Shown: positions 1-9,261 of the stretch, piece after piece
Numbering within the stretch: the first letter of the stretch is position 1
Layout of the letters: every line of letters begins with the position of its first letter
NCBI GenBank assembly: GCA_016201285.1
Contig: JACQDE010000006.1
Location: 1 to 38,185 of the forward strand
DNA: 38,185 nucleotides
Reading direction: 5' to 3'
Source of the DNA: Acidobacteriota bacterium
GTDB taxonomy: Bacteria > Acidobacteriota > Terriglobia > Acidiferrales > UBA7541
Notes under the pieces: generated by a model
Seen by the model: the letters and a program-made list of their open reading frames with translations, nothing else
The model's database searches: none
Told to the model about the DNA's origin: nothing
Position numbers and translations under genes: made by a program

Positions 1-459
1 AAGCAAACCGATGCTCTTCCAGTGTGTAACAATCCACTCACACACATTCCGTAGCCAATCCATGTCCATAACTGTACCCCCGCAAGAAGGAGCGGGGATA
101 GTATCGAATTGTAGCTATGGTGTGTCAAGTGAATAATCGCGTCTCCAAAACCCGCGGGGAAAAAGCCCGGCGCGGCGGCGGTCGTGTGGCCTCCCGCTGT
201 CCCGGGGTCCGCGAGCCGCTGAGATTTGCATACGTCCCGGGACGTGCCGCTGTCGCTTCCCTCTGGAATGGAGATTGAGATTGGCATTCTGCTGGTGTAG
301 AGTGCTGCGGCACTGCGGCCCGGGAATGAAGGACACGCTCAGGGGCAAGCACTTCCGACATGTTGGTCTGCTGCCGGATCGCGCCACGGTCCGGCGGTGC
401 TCCGTCATTTCCTCGCGCATCCTCAACACAAAATCGCTCGCATTTCAGGGGAGAACCCG

Positions 460-2160
460 ATGATGCTATTCGCTTCGATGGCTGTGACCCACCGTTCTCT
501 CGCGCCGCTGGACATCGCCATCATCGTCGTTTACTTCGCCATCGTCTTTGGGATCGGCTTCTATTTCGCGGGCAAGGAACGCACCTCGGAGGACTACTTC
601 CTGGCCAGCCGCAATGTGGGCTGGTTCGCCATCGGGGCGTCGTTGTTCGTTTCGAACATCTCCACGGAGCACTTCATTGGGCTGGCGGGCTCCGGGGCGA
701 CCTCGGGCCTGGCGGTGGGCCACTTCGAATGGCTCGCCTGCCTGATCCTGCTGATTCTCGGCTGGGTGTTCGTGCCCTTCTATCTGCGTTCGAATGTTTT
801 TACGATGCCGGAATTCCTGGAACGGCGCTTCAATCGCTCCTGCAGCGTCTATCTGGCCAGCATTTCGATCCTCGCCTACATCTTCACCAAGATCTCGGTG
901 CACCTGTATGCCGCGGCGGTGGTGCTGGAGCGCGTGGTGGGCTGGGACCCGATGACGGCGGCGATCATCCTCGTCGTCGCCACCGGCATCTACACCATTG
1001 CCGGCGGCCTGTCGGCTGTCATCTACACGGATCTGGTGCAGACCATCATCCTGTTGATCGGCGCCATCATTCTCACGGTTGTCGGTCTGCACGAGGTGGG
1101 CGGTTTCGATGGACTGCGCGCCGCCTTGCCGGCGCATTACTTCAGCATGATCAAGCCCATCAGCCATCCCGAGTTTCCCTGGACCGGGATCTTTCTTGGC
1201 GCTCCCATCCTGGGCATCTGGTACTGGTGCACCGACCAGGTGATCGTGCAGCGCGTGCTCTCCGCCAAGGACGAGGGCCATGCCAAGGCCGCCACAATCT
1301 TCGCCGGTTTCTTGAAGGTCCTCCCGGTGTTCATCCTGGTGCTGCCGGGGCTGATTGCCTTCGCGCTCTACAAGGACTCCGGAATTTTCAAGTTCGGAGC
1401 GAATGGGGCGGTGCTGAATGGCGACATTGCCTATCCGACGCTGATCATCAGCCTGCTTCCCCACGGCCTCGTCGGGGTGATGATCGCGGCGCTGATCGCC
1501 GCGCTCATGGGCGCGATGAGTTCGGTCTTCAATTCGGCCTCCACCCTGGTGACTCTGGATTTCTACAAGAAAGTGCGGCCGGACGCGACCGAGCACCAGT
1601 TGGTGACCTTCGGACGCGCGGCCACGGGAATCCTCGTGGTCCTCGGGCTTCTCTGGGTGCCGTTCATCAAGCTGATCAGCGCCCAGCTCTTCATCTATCT
1701 CCAGAGCGTGCAGGCCTACATCAGCCCGCCCATCGCCGTCTGCTTCATCTTCGGCATCCTCTGGCCCCGCCTGAACGGGACCGGGGCCATCAGCTCGCTG
1801 CTGGCGGGTTTTGTGATGGGCGCGACGCGGTTTGTCCTCGAGGTGATGGACAAGGGGACGCGCTTCGAAGCAAGCGGTGTGCGCTGGTTGCTGGACATGA
1901 ACTTCCTGCACTACGCGATTCTGATGTTCGTCGTCTGCACGGTCGTGCTCGTGGTGGTGAGCTATATGACGCCTGCGCCGGCGCGTGAAAAATTGGCGGG
2001 CCTCACGTTTGCGACCGTCGATGACAAAATCGATACCACGGCCGCGGCGGTGAGGAAGGTCTCGCTGAGAAGCGAAACGCTGCTCGAGCACCGGCTCAAC
2101 ATTGCGTTTAGCGCAGTGCTTGTGGCGACGGTCGTGGGCTTGTGGATCTATTTCCGCTGA
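460..2160 (+). CDS. Sodium:solute symporter (SSF family, SGLT-like Na+/sugar cotransporter)
   Basis: About 13 predicted TM segments. N-terminal motif GASLFVSNISTEHFIGLAGSGATSGLAVGHFEW is typical of SSF/SGLT. ATG at 460 is preceded by GGGGAG (447-452) at 7-nt spacing. The track ORF starts earlier at 397, where no RBS is visible. Confidence 0.85.
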   Translation: MMLFASMAVTHRSLAPLDIAIIVVYFAIVFGIGFYFAGKERTSEDYFLASRNVGWFAIGASLFVSNISTEHFIGLAGSGATSGLAVGHFEWLACLILLILGWVFVPFYLRSNVFTMPEFLERRFNRSCSVYLASISILAYIFTKISVHLYAAAVVLERVVGWDPMTAAIILVVATGIYTIAGGLSAVIYTDLVQTIILLIGAIILTVVGLHEVGGFDGLRAALPAHYFSMIKPISHPEFPWTGIFLGAPILGIWYWCTDQVIVQRVLSAKDEGHAKAATIFAGFLKVLPVFILVLPGLIAFALYKDSGIFKFGANGAVLNGDIAYPTLIISLLPHGLVGVMIAALIAALMGAMSSVFNSASTLVTLDFYKKVRPDATEHQLVTFGRAATGILVVLGLLWVPFIKLISAQLFIYLQSVQAYISPPIAVCFIFGILWPRLNGTGAISSLLAGFVMGATRFVLEVMDKGTRFEASGVRWLLDMNFLHYAILMFVVCTVVLVVVSYMTPAPAREKLAGLTFATVDDKIDTTAAAVRKVSLRSETLLEHRLNIAFSAVLVATVVGLWIYFR

Positions 2161-2181
2161 GGCGGCGGGCCGGCCGGTGCG

Positions 2182-2739
2182 GTGGAACCAGCGGTGGCGA
2201 CAATCTCAACACTCCGGCCCAACGTCACGCGGGCGGAGGCCCTCGAGGAATTCCATCGGGGGTTGAGCGGCTTCCTGCGGCGCGCGCGTTGGGGCGTCCT
2301 GCGCTCGATTGCGGAAGCGTACGTGCCTTTCCGCCTGTACCGGGTGGAGATCGTCAGTGGCGCGGTTCCCCAGGTCTCCTGGTTCGCCCTCGATGCCGTC
2401 AGCGGCTCGCTCGATCTCTACCAGTTCGACCACCGGCCCGAAGAAACAGAACTGGTGCGGGTGGAGACGCGGAACCGGCCATCGTCCACGCTGGACGATG
2501 CCCTGGCGGTCCGGCTGCTGGAGGACAAGATCCAGCGCCTCATCTTCCAAACGGGATTCTTTCGCGTGCGCCATCTGCAAATCCGCGCGGAACTGATCCC
2601 GCTGGATCTGCACGTTCCTTACTGGATCGGTTTCTACGGGCGAGACGAGACCCCCCGCCTGCACGTTATGGACGCGGTGCGGCGCCGCTGCGAGGGCGCA
2701 AAGGCCCGGGCGTTCTTTGAGAGATGGTTGGCCGGTTAG
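2182..2739 (+). CDS. Hypothetical protein (185 aa), no recognisable domain
   Basis: High GC3 in this frame. GTG start lies 21 nt after the symporter TGA and in the same frame. Gene ends 61 nt before the glucoamylase start, consistent with co-transcription. Non-repetitive, protein-like composition. Confidence 0.5.
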   Translation: MEPAVATISTLRPNVTRAEALEEFHRGLSGFLRRARWGVLRSIAEAYVPFRLYRVEIVSGAVPQVSWFALDAVSGSLDLYQFDHRPEETELVRVETRNRPSSTLDDALAVRLLEDKIQRLIFQTGFFRVRHLQIRAELIPLDLHVPYWIGFYGRDETPRLHVMDAVRRRCEGAKARAFFERWLAG

Positions 2740-2800
2740 GAAAACTTCCTCAGGGCAAAGTTCAATCGCTTCGAATCTTTCTGCGGAAAGGGGACTCACC

Positions 2801-4927
2801 ATGCGGCTTCGTCATCTCTCCCGGATCGCGATCTTCGTTTTTGCGATGCTCCTGCCCGCGCTGCTTCCCGCGCAGGTGGCGCCGGGCGGGCCGGGCAGTG
2901 TGCCGGCCTGGACGTCCGGCGGCAAGGAGGGCGTGGGGACGTCGGCGACGCTGGAATCCAAAGTTTGGTTCACGCTGCAAGGCGGCGTGATGACGGAGGT
3001 TTACTACCCGCGGCTGGATGTCGCCAACGTGCGCTCTCTCGAATTCGCCGTCAGCGACGGCCGCTCGGTGTGGCTCGAGTCGCGGGACCTCGAGCACTCG
3101 ATCACCTGGGCGGATGAGCGGGCGCTGGTGTTCCGCCAGACCAGCCGCCACCCGCGCGGGCTCTTCACGTTGACAAAGACCTACATCACCGACCCCGCCC
3201 GCGCCACGGTGCTGGTTCAGGTGACGTTCAGCACGGCGTCTTCGACGGCGAACCGCTATGCCGTCTATGCGCTCTACGATCCTTCGCTGAATAACACCGG
3301 CTCCGGCGACACCGGCTGGCGCGAAAACGATGCGCTGGTGGCCCAGGATGGCGAACTGGCTTCTGCCCTGGCGGCCAGCCCGCCGTTTACTGGCACGGCC
3401 AACGGCTTTGTGGGCGTCAACGACGGCCGGACCGATCTGCTCCTGCATCAGAAACTTACCTGGAGCTACGCGCGCGCGGAGAACGGCAACCTCTTCCAGA
3501 CCGCGAAGCTCGGCAGCGGCACAAGCTGGACGCTCGCGCTGGGCTTCGGCCCATCCGCCGCGGAGGCGCTGGCCAGCGCCCGCTCGAGCTTGGCGCGCGG
3601 CTTTGCGGCGGTGCGCGCGGACTACGTGCGCGGATGGAGCGCCTACCTGAACAGCCTGCGCGCGGTGCGTGAGCCTTACCGCCAGCAGTTTCGCATGGCC
3701 GCCATGCAGTTGAAAGCGCATGAGGACAAGACCCACCGCGGCGCGATGATTGCTTCCGCGAGCATCCCGTGGGGCGAAGCGACTCCTTCGGACAAGCCCA
3801 ACATCGGCGGCTATCACCTGGTGTGGGCGCGCGATCTCTATCACGTGGCGACGGCATTCCTGGCCATGGGCGACTCCGCCGCCGCCGAGCGCGCGCTCGA
3901 CTACCTCCTCCGCGTGCAGCAGAGGCCGGACGGCAGCTTCCCGCAGAACAGTTGGCTGGACGGCCGTCCGTACTGGCCTTCCATCCAGATGGACGAGCAG
4001 GCCTTCCCCATCATTCTGGCCTGGCAACTGGGTCACACCGGCAAGGAGACCTGGGAGAAACACCTGCGGCCCGCCGCCGAGTTCATCGCCAAGAACGGCC
4101 CGCGCACGCCGCAGGAGCGGTGGGAGGAAGAAGAAGGTTATTCGCCGGCGACCATCGCCGCGGAAATTGCCGGCCTGGTCTGCGCGGCGGAGATCGCGCG
4201 AAAAAATGATGCTGCGGGCGACGCCGATCGCTATTTGAAACTTGCGGATGAGTGGGTGGCCAGCCTCGAGAAGTGGATGGTGACGTCCACCGGCACGCTC
4301 GACAAGAAACTGGCCGCTTCGGGCGGCGGCCAGGGTTACTACATCCGGATCAACAACAACACCGACCCCAACGATGGCTTCAAGCTCGACATCAACAACG
4401 GCGGTGGCGCCTGGGATGAGCGCGACGTGGTGGATGCCGGCTTTCTGGAACTGGTGCGGCTCGGCATCAAGCCACCCGACGATCCGTACATCGTGCGCTC
4501 GCTCGCCGTAGTCGACGCGGTGATCCGCGCGGCAACCCCGAACGGGTTCGGCTGGTACCGCTACAACCATGACGGCTACGGCGAAAAATCCTACGGCGGT
4601 CCCTGGGCGCCGGACATGACCGGCGTGGGGCGGCTCTGGCCCATCCTGACCGGCGAGCGCGGCGAGTATGTGCTGGCCGCCGGCAAAGATCCAGATCCGT
4701 ACATTGACGCCATGATGGGCTTCGCCAATCGCGGCTGGATGATTCCGGAGCAGGTGTGGGATCAGGCCGAGCCGACGGGATTTCGGTGGCAGTTTGGCGA
4801 AGGCACCGGCAGCGCCACGCCGCTGGCGTGGAGCATGGCGCAGTTTGTCCGGCTGGTGATCTGCGCGGAAGAAAAGCGGATCGTGGAGATGCCCGGCGTC
4901 GTCGCCGCCCGCTACTTACGCCGGTAG
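2801..4927 (+). CDS. Secreted GH15 family glucoamylase/glucodextranase-like protein
   Basis: N-terminal signal peptide MRLRHLSRIAIFVFAMLLPALLPAQVA. Motifs GGYHLVWARDLYHV and the (alpha/alpha)6 barrel region, plus an N-terminal beta-sandwich, are typical of bacterial GH15. AGGGG RBS at 2789-2793. Confidence 0.8.
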   Translation: MRLRHLSRIAIFVFAMLLPALLPAQVAPGGPGSVPAWTSGGKEGVGTSATLESKVWFTLQGGVMTEVYYPRLDVANVRSLEFAVSDGRSVWLESRDLEHSITWADERALVFRQTSRHPRGLFTLTKTYITDPARATVLVQVTFSTASSTANRYAVYALYDPSLNNTGSGDTGWRENDALVAQDGELASALAASPPFTGTANGFVGVNDGRTDLLLHQKLTWSYARAENGNLFQTAKLGSGTSWTLALGFGPSAAEALASARSSLARGFAAVRADYVRGWSAYLNSLRAVREPYRQQFRMAAMQLKAHEDKTHRGAMIASASIPWGEATPSDKPNIGGYHLVWARDLYHVATAFLAMGDSAAAERALDYLLRVQQRPDGSFPQNSWLDGRPYWPSIQMDEQAFPIILAWQLGHTGKETWEKHLRPAAEFIAKNGPRTPQERWEEEEGYSPATIAAEIAGLVCAAEIARKNDAAGDADRYLKLADEWVASLEKWMVTSTGTLDKKLAASGGGQGYYIRINNNTDPNDGFKLDINNGGGAWDERDVVDAGFLELVRLGIKPPDDPYIVRSLAVVDAVIRAATPNGFGWYRYNHDGYGEKSYGGPWAPDMTGVGRLWPILTGERGEYVLAAGKDPDPYIDAMMGFANRGWMIPEQVWDQAEPTGFRWQFGEGTGSATPLAWSMAQFVRLVICAEEKRIVEMPGVVAARYLRR

Positions 4928-5072
4928 AGTCCCACATTAAGCCGCGGGGATTGCTCACAGAATATGCGCGAGATGATCTCTTGACAAAGACTCACCGGAA
5001 ATCACCATCTACGAAATCAACTACACTTCGTTTGTCGCGGAAATGAAAATGGCGGCAAGCCATTGAAGAAAG

Positions 5073-5149
5073 TGGCGCGCCCGGGGAGACTCGAACTCCC
5101 GACCCTCTGCTTAGAAGGCAGACGCTCTCTCCAACTGAGCTACGGGCGC
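5073..5149 (-). tRNA. tRNA-Arg (anticodon TCT), 77 nt including encoded CCA
   Basis: Reverse complement reads GCGCCCGTAGCTCAGTTGGAGAGAGCGTCTGCCTTCTAAGCAGAGGGTCGGGAGTTCGAGTCTCCCCGGGCGCGCCA. It has a 7-bp acceptor stem, D-loop AGTTGGAGAG, anticodon stem TCTGC/GCAGA with loop CTTCTAA, and a T-arm GGGAGTTCGAGTCTCCC. Confidence 0.85.
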
Positions 5150-5160
5150 ACTACTGACCA

Positions 5161-5169
5161 ATTCTACCA
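5161..5169 (-). promoter_or_regulatory. Extended -10-like element TGgTAGAAT upstream of tRNA-Arg
   Basis: Minus strand reads TGGTAGAAT, ending 11 nt before the tRNA 5' end. No convincing -35 element. Confidence 0.3.
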
Positions 5170-5297
5170 TCAGGTTTGGGGACAAGGAATTGCGCCGGGC
5201 TCCCCGGTCGAGAACTGCAACCAGGAAGCCCGGCGCTAGTTTTTGTCTGCCGGCCTCCCGACAACAATCGTCAGGACCAGTTCCGGCTGCCTTTACG

Positions 5298-7277
5298 CTA
5301 TTTTTTCTCTGAGCGAGGCGGCGCATCAGCGCTGGCGGACGTAATCCACTTCATGGCGGTTGCAGCCAAGCCGTCCAACGCTCCGTGACCGTTCCCGCCG
5401 GTGACAAGCACTTCCGGCACGAATCGCACGTTCTTCTCAGCCAGCGCGCCGACCACGTTGACCACCGCAGTTGCGTTCTGCCCGAGCGCGGCCACCTGCG
5501 CTTGGTAGCCCTTCGCCCGCGCCAGACCCACTGCTTCGACCTCCGCGCCTTTCGCCGCGCCGGTTTTGCGGATGTACTCCGATTCACCGGTGGCTTCGGC
5601 CATGCGCGCGTCGGCGTTGTTCGTTTTGATGGCCACGCCCACCTTGGACCGCGCCAGGTCTGCCTGCATGTCGGCCGTACCCTTGGCGTTTTCCATGGCG
5701 ATTCGTTCATCCTGCGCCGAGCGCTGCTTCTTGAACGTTTCGATCTCCTGGTTGGCGATCTCGCGCTCGGTGAGCACCTTCACCAGTTCCGCCGGCAGGA
5801 TGACGTCCTGGATGTACACGCCACGCGTTTCCACCTGGTACTGTTCGATCTGCTCGCGGATGTGCCGGAATGCCTCCTCCTGGACCATCTGGCGCGTCTC
5901 GATGAAGCAGATCGCGGGCATGGACTGGAGCTTGTCGCGGAAGTGGTTGCCCACGGCGGCCTGCAACACTTCGTTGACGAGGTTTTGCATCGTGCCGACC
6001 ATGGAAATCACGCGCGGCGCCTTGGTATCCGGCACGTGGATCTGCACCTGCAAATCAATTTTGAAGACGAACCCTTCGTTCGACTTCGCCACGATTTGCT
6101 GGAGCTGCGCATCGAGGTTGTGCGCTTCGCTGACGGCTTCGGCCCAGTTCAACGTCAGGATCGCGGTGGGCACGATTTCCGCCTGGTAGCAGCGCGGGTT
6201 GAGCGGGTATTTTCCGGTCCGCAGTGGCTCCTGCCAGATGCCGCGGTGGCCGGGTCGCACCAGCGACCCGAACTTGAATTCGGCCCCGCTGGTGTCCTGC
6301 GTCACCAGTCCCACGTACGCCTTAATCACCGCCACTTGGCCCTGCTGCACCACCAGCATCGGCACCATCTCCACGCTCACCAGGAACGGATTGAGCGCGT
6401 AGGCGCCGTAGAGCAGCGGGTCGTGCTGCAGGCCGATGTGCCCGCCGCTATCGAGGAACGCCTGGTAGTCCTGATAGTTGTTATGCAACTGGTTCTTGCT
6501 GCCCAGCAATGTCTCGATGATCTCGGCGTCGCTCTCGCCGGTTTTCTCGAGTTGCCCCACATCTACGAAGCCGCCCAGCCGGCTGGCGATGTCGCCACTC
6601 GGCAGCGGGTCGCCTTCGTAGGTCGTGACGATGCCGACCATGTCCAGCGTCGCGCCGTCCTTGCCGCGGGGTTGCGGTTCGATGCGCACCAGCTCGAGCT
6701 GTTCCGGATGCAGCCCCAGCACCGTCGGTGTGAGCTTCGTGTTCCGGCCCGCCTTCGCGCGCAGGTCCGACGACACCGGCAGGCCGTACACCTCGCTCTT
6801 CGTCACCACGAGGAAGCCTACCGGATGGATCGGCACAAGCGTACCCGGCGGCAGCACCGGACGCTGCACGCCCTTCTGCCCGCGCCCGGCGACGAACGCC
6901 CGCAGATCGGAGAAGTTGGCGAACTCCTTGCGGAAGACGGCGGACTTGGCGCCAATCGGCAGCGGCGCGCCCACTTGCGCGATCACCACGGCGATCTCAC
7001 CCGCTGGAACCTGTACCCACGGATACTTGTCCACCGTGTACAGCGGCCAGAGTTTCCAGCGCAGGCCGGCCATCAGCAGGTCGGCCTGATAGCCGGCTTC
7101 GCCCGCGAAGGCGATGGGGTTGTCGTTGGTTAGTTTCTTGCTCGAAAACCGCTTGGTCACCAGGCCGACCTCGGTCGGCCCGATGCGCCAGATCGAGCGA
7201 AAAACCGTGTACAGCGCCACAAGCACGAGTCCGGAAAGGAACCAGTGCTCGAACACAAACGTCAGCCAGTCAAACAT
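5298..7277 (-). CDS. SPFH/band-7 domain protein, flotillin-like (YqiK/FloT family)
   Basis: N-terminal TM helix, SPFH core, and a C-terminal Ala/Glu-rich flotillin-type coiled region (AEATGESEYIRKTGAAKGAEVEAVGLARAKGYQAQVAALG). ATG at 7277 has GGAGGTGA at 9-nt spacing. The track start (GTG 7283) would leave only a 3-nt spacer. Confidence 0.8.
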   Translation of the reverse strand: MFDWLTFVFEHWFLSGLVLVALYTVFRSIWRIGPTEVGLVTKRFSSKKLTNDNPIAFAGEAGYQADLLMAGLRWKLWPLYTVDKYPWVQVPAGEIAVVIAQVGAPLPIGAKSAVFRKEFANFSDLRAFVAGRGQKGVQRPVLPPGTLVPIHPVGFLVVTKSEVYGLPVSSDLRAKAGRNTKLTPTVLGLHPEQLELVRIEPQPRGKDGATLDMVGIVTTYEGDPLPSGDIASRLGGFVDVGQLEKTGESDAEIIETLLGSKNQLHNNYQDYQAFLDSGGHIGLQHDPLLYGAYALNPFLVSVEMVPMLVVQQGQVAVIKAYVGLVTQDTSGAEFKFGSLVRPGHRGIWQEPLRTGKYPLNPRCYQAEIVPTAILTLNWAEAVSEAHNLDAQLQQIVAKSNEGFVFKIDLQVQIHVPDTKAPRVISMVGTMQNLVNEVLQAAVGNHFRDKLQSMPAICFIETRQMVQEEAFRHIREQIEQYQVETRGVYIQDVILPAELVKVLTEREIANQEIETFKKQRSAQDERIAMENAKGTADMQADLARSKVGVAIKTNNADARMAEATGESEYIRKTGAAKGAEVEAVGLARAKGYQAQVAALGQNATAVVNVVGALAEKNVRFVPEVLVTGGNGHGALDGLAATAMKWITSASADAPPRSEKK

Positions 7278-7292
7278 GGACACTCACCTCCA

Positions 7293-7307
7293 TTGCGCGT
7301 TGCGCAA
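7293..7307. promoter_or_regulatory. Perfect palindrome TTGCGC-gtt-GCGCAA abutting the flotillin Shine-Dalgarno
   Basis: Read directly from sequence. Lies in the 5' UTR 1 nt upstream of the GGAGG. Confidence 0.4.
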
Positions 7308-7665
7308 AGTTGATTTGGTTTTGGGGATTTCAGCGGCGGTCCGGGAGGACCGTGTTCAGCGTGCCCGGTCCACGAGTGCTTTTCTCGGACAAACCGAATT
7401 GGGGGATGCGTTACACTTTTTGTTCAGTCACCCAGACTGTGAGGCCACGCTACGCCCGCGGTTTTCGAATGTCAAGCGCCGCAAGCTATTGATTCCAAGC
7501 CAGTTACAAGTACTAGTCCCTCGCATCTACTAGCGGAATCTGGAGATGCAAATCGCCAAGTAAATCGGACGCCGCCCGCAACCCCAAGCATTCAGAGCGG
7601 ATCCGCGAATCGGCCCAATTCATGCGGCTATTCCTTTTGCTGGCGCGCAGTTCACGATTCGCCGT

Positions 7666-8262
7666 ATGACGAGAAGCGCTGCTACGCGCAAGTCGCGTGC
7701 TAGAATCCGCGGCGTGAGAGAATGGATTGCAGCGCTCCTAGAAAACCGGCCGGAGGAAAATTGGCGGCGCCCTTCGACGGCGGCGCTTGTCGCGTGGCTC
7801 GTGTTTTTTCTCGGCTTCTTGTGGTACGCAGCGAAATCCGAGGACGACTTTCTCTTTCTTGACCGCCTCAACTTGGTGATTCACGAAGCCGGGCACCCGC
7901 TGTTCAGTTTCTTCGGCGACACGATGAACATTCTGGGCGGCACGCTGCTCGAGCTGCTCGTGCCGCTGGGCATCGCCGTCTATTTCTGGTGGCACCGGCA
8001 CACCGCTGGCGTGGCGTTTTGCCTGTTCTGGTTCTTTGAAAACTTTCTCTACATCGGCACCTACATGGCCGACGCGCGCCGCGTCACCCTGCCGCTGGTC
8101 GGCTCCGGCGAGCACGACTGGGAGATTCTCTTCAGCCAGTGGCGCGTGCTGCACCTGGACCAGAAGATCGGCGGCATGACGCGCACGCTCGGCTGGTGGG
8201 GCATGGCGCTCACCGTGGTATGGCTGGTGTGGATGTGGCGGCGCACGTCTTCCTCCCCGTAA
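7666..8262 (+). CDS. Small polytopic membrane protein with HExxH (HEAGH) motif, possible zinc metalloprotease-like
   Basis: Four predicted TM helices. VIHEAGHPLF lies between TM1 and TM2. Start is uncertain: ATG 7666 has no RBS, and in-frame GTG 7714 sits 8 nt after a TGcTAGAAT element. Confidence 0.55.
   Translation: MTRSAATRKSRARIRGVREWIAALLENRPEENWRRPSTAALVAWLVFFLGFLWYAAKSEDDFLFLDRLNLVIHEAGHPLFSFFGDTMNILGGTLLELLVPLGIAVYFWWHRHTAGVAFCLFWFFENFLYIGTYMADARRVTLPLVGSGEHDWEILFSQWRVLHLDQKIGGMTRTLGWWGMALTVVWLVWMWRRTSSSP
7698..7706 (+). promoter_or_regulatory. Extended -10-like element TGcTAGAAT
   Basis: Sequence match only. Lies inside the longest ORF of the HExxH protein, implying a shorter, possibly leaderless product. 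Confidence 0.3.
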
Positions 8263-8280
8263 CTCTCCGTCATTTTCACG

Positions 8281-8309
8281 TTGACCAATTCTCCGCATAC
8301 GCCTATCAT
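8281..8309 (+). promoter_or_regulatory. Sigma70-like promoter TTGACC-N17-TATCAT upstream of the desaturase
   Basis: Exact hexamers with a 17-nt spacer, in an AT-richer intergenic stretch about 110 nt upstream of the desaturase ATG. Confidence 0.35.
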
Positions 8310-8421
8310 TGCCTCGTTCACTGCTCAGGTCTCTTCAACACATGCTCGCCGTTTGAATATCCTGAGTCAGAATCCCGCACGACCAGGAATGATGCACGAC
8401 AGCCGATTGATAGGAGCATGC

Positions 8422-9261
8422 ATGAGTGAAATCGCCGCGCCGGTGAAACCCTGGGAGCAGCCCTTCTGGAAGCCGGCTAGGGGCAAAGAGATGATCCTGT
8501 TTTATCTCGTTGCCATTCACGTCCTCGCCGTCATCGGCTTGATTCTCTATCCCACACCCAGCCTGCCCGTCGTTGGGCTGACGCTGCTTTTCACGCTGCT
8601 GGGCGGGTTCGGCACCACCGTCGGTTATCACCGCTCGCTTTCGCACGGCACCGTCAAGCTGAACAAGTTTGTGGAGAACCTGCTGATCTTCGGCGCGATG
8701 TTTAACGGCTCCGGCGCGCCGGCCAGTTGGGCCGCGTATCACCGCCATCATCACGCCACCGCCGACACGCCCGACGATATCTCCAGTCCAAAGCATGGCG
8801 GTTTCTGGTGGGCGCACATTCGCTGGCTCTATCAATCGGAGAAGGCTGATGCGAAGCGCTGGTGCCCGGAGTTCACCCGCGGCACCTACAAGTTCTGGAC
8901 GTACGCCGAAGTGCCGCTGCTCGCGCTGTCGCTGCTCTGCGGCGTGGCGTTCGGCTGGCAGGGATTTTTCTGGATGGGCGCGATCCGCCTGATTTATTCG
9001 CTGCACATGCAGTGCTTCGTGAACAGCCTCACGCACCTGGGCACGGCCTCCGACGGCGACACGAGCCAGAACGTCTGGTGGCTCGGCCCGCTGCAGCTCG
9101 CTGCCTGGGGCGAAAACTGGCACCGCAACCACCACCACAATGCCGCCTCCGCCCGCCTCGGCCTGCGCTGGTGGCAGGTGGACATCGGCTGGTACTTCAT
9201 CTGCACGCTCGAAGCGATGGGCCTGGCTCGAAACGTTCTCCGGCCGAAGTCGCTCACCTAG
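8422..9261 (+). CDS. Membrane fatty-acid desaturase (acyl-CoA/acyl-lipid delta-9 desaturase family)
   Basis: Three His boxes: HRSLSH, HRHHH and HRNHHHN. Four TM helices. ATG 8422 has GGAG at 5-nt spacing. The track ORF starts earlier at 8281. Confidence 0.85.
   Translation: MSEIAAPVKPWEQPFWKPARGKEMILFYLVAIHVLAVIGLILYPTPSLPVVGLTLLFTLLGGFGTTVGYHRSLSHGTVKLNKFVENLLIFGAMFNGSGAPASWAAYHRHHHATADTPDDISSPKHGGFWWAHIRWLYQSEKADAKRWCPEFTRGTYKFWTYAEVPLLALSLLCGVAFGWQGFFWMGAIRLIYSLHMQCFVNSLTHLGTASDGDTSQNVWWLGPLQLAAWGENWHRNHHHNAASARLGLRWWQVDIGWYFICTLEAMGLARNVLRPKSLT

Noticed and set aside
1-459. Possible riboswitch or leader upstream of the symporter (GC-rich palindromes such as GTCCCGGGAC, CCCCGC...GCGGGG hairpin)
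   Set aside because: Short GC-rich palindromes are expected by chance at this GC content, and I recognise no conserved riboswitch core.
360-2091. 542-aa (+) and 541-aa (-) ORFs overlapping the symporter gene
   Set aside because: Alternative and antisense frames of a recognisable SSF transporter. Products are Arg/His/Gly-rich low-complexity sequences typical of GC-driven artefact ORFs.
2762-4570. 602-aa antisense ORF opposite the GH15 glucoamylase, plus the nested 3330..4238 ORFs
   Set aside because: The sense strand has clear GH15 motifs and a signal peptide. The antisense product is Arg/Ala/Gly-rich with no domain.
5385-7133. 582-aa ORF antisense to flotillin (and nested 5566..6189, 6625..7089)
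   Set aside because: Flotillin SPFH homology is unambiguous on the minus strand. The plus-strand ORF is His/Arg/Leu-rich noise.
7114-7533. 139-aa ORF in the flotillin upstream region
   Set aside because: Overlaps the flotillin 5' end and promoter region on the opposite strand. No RBS, composition not protein-like.
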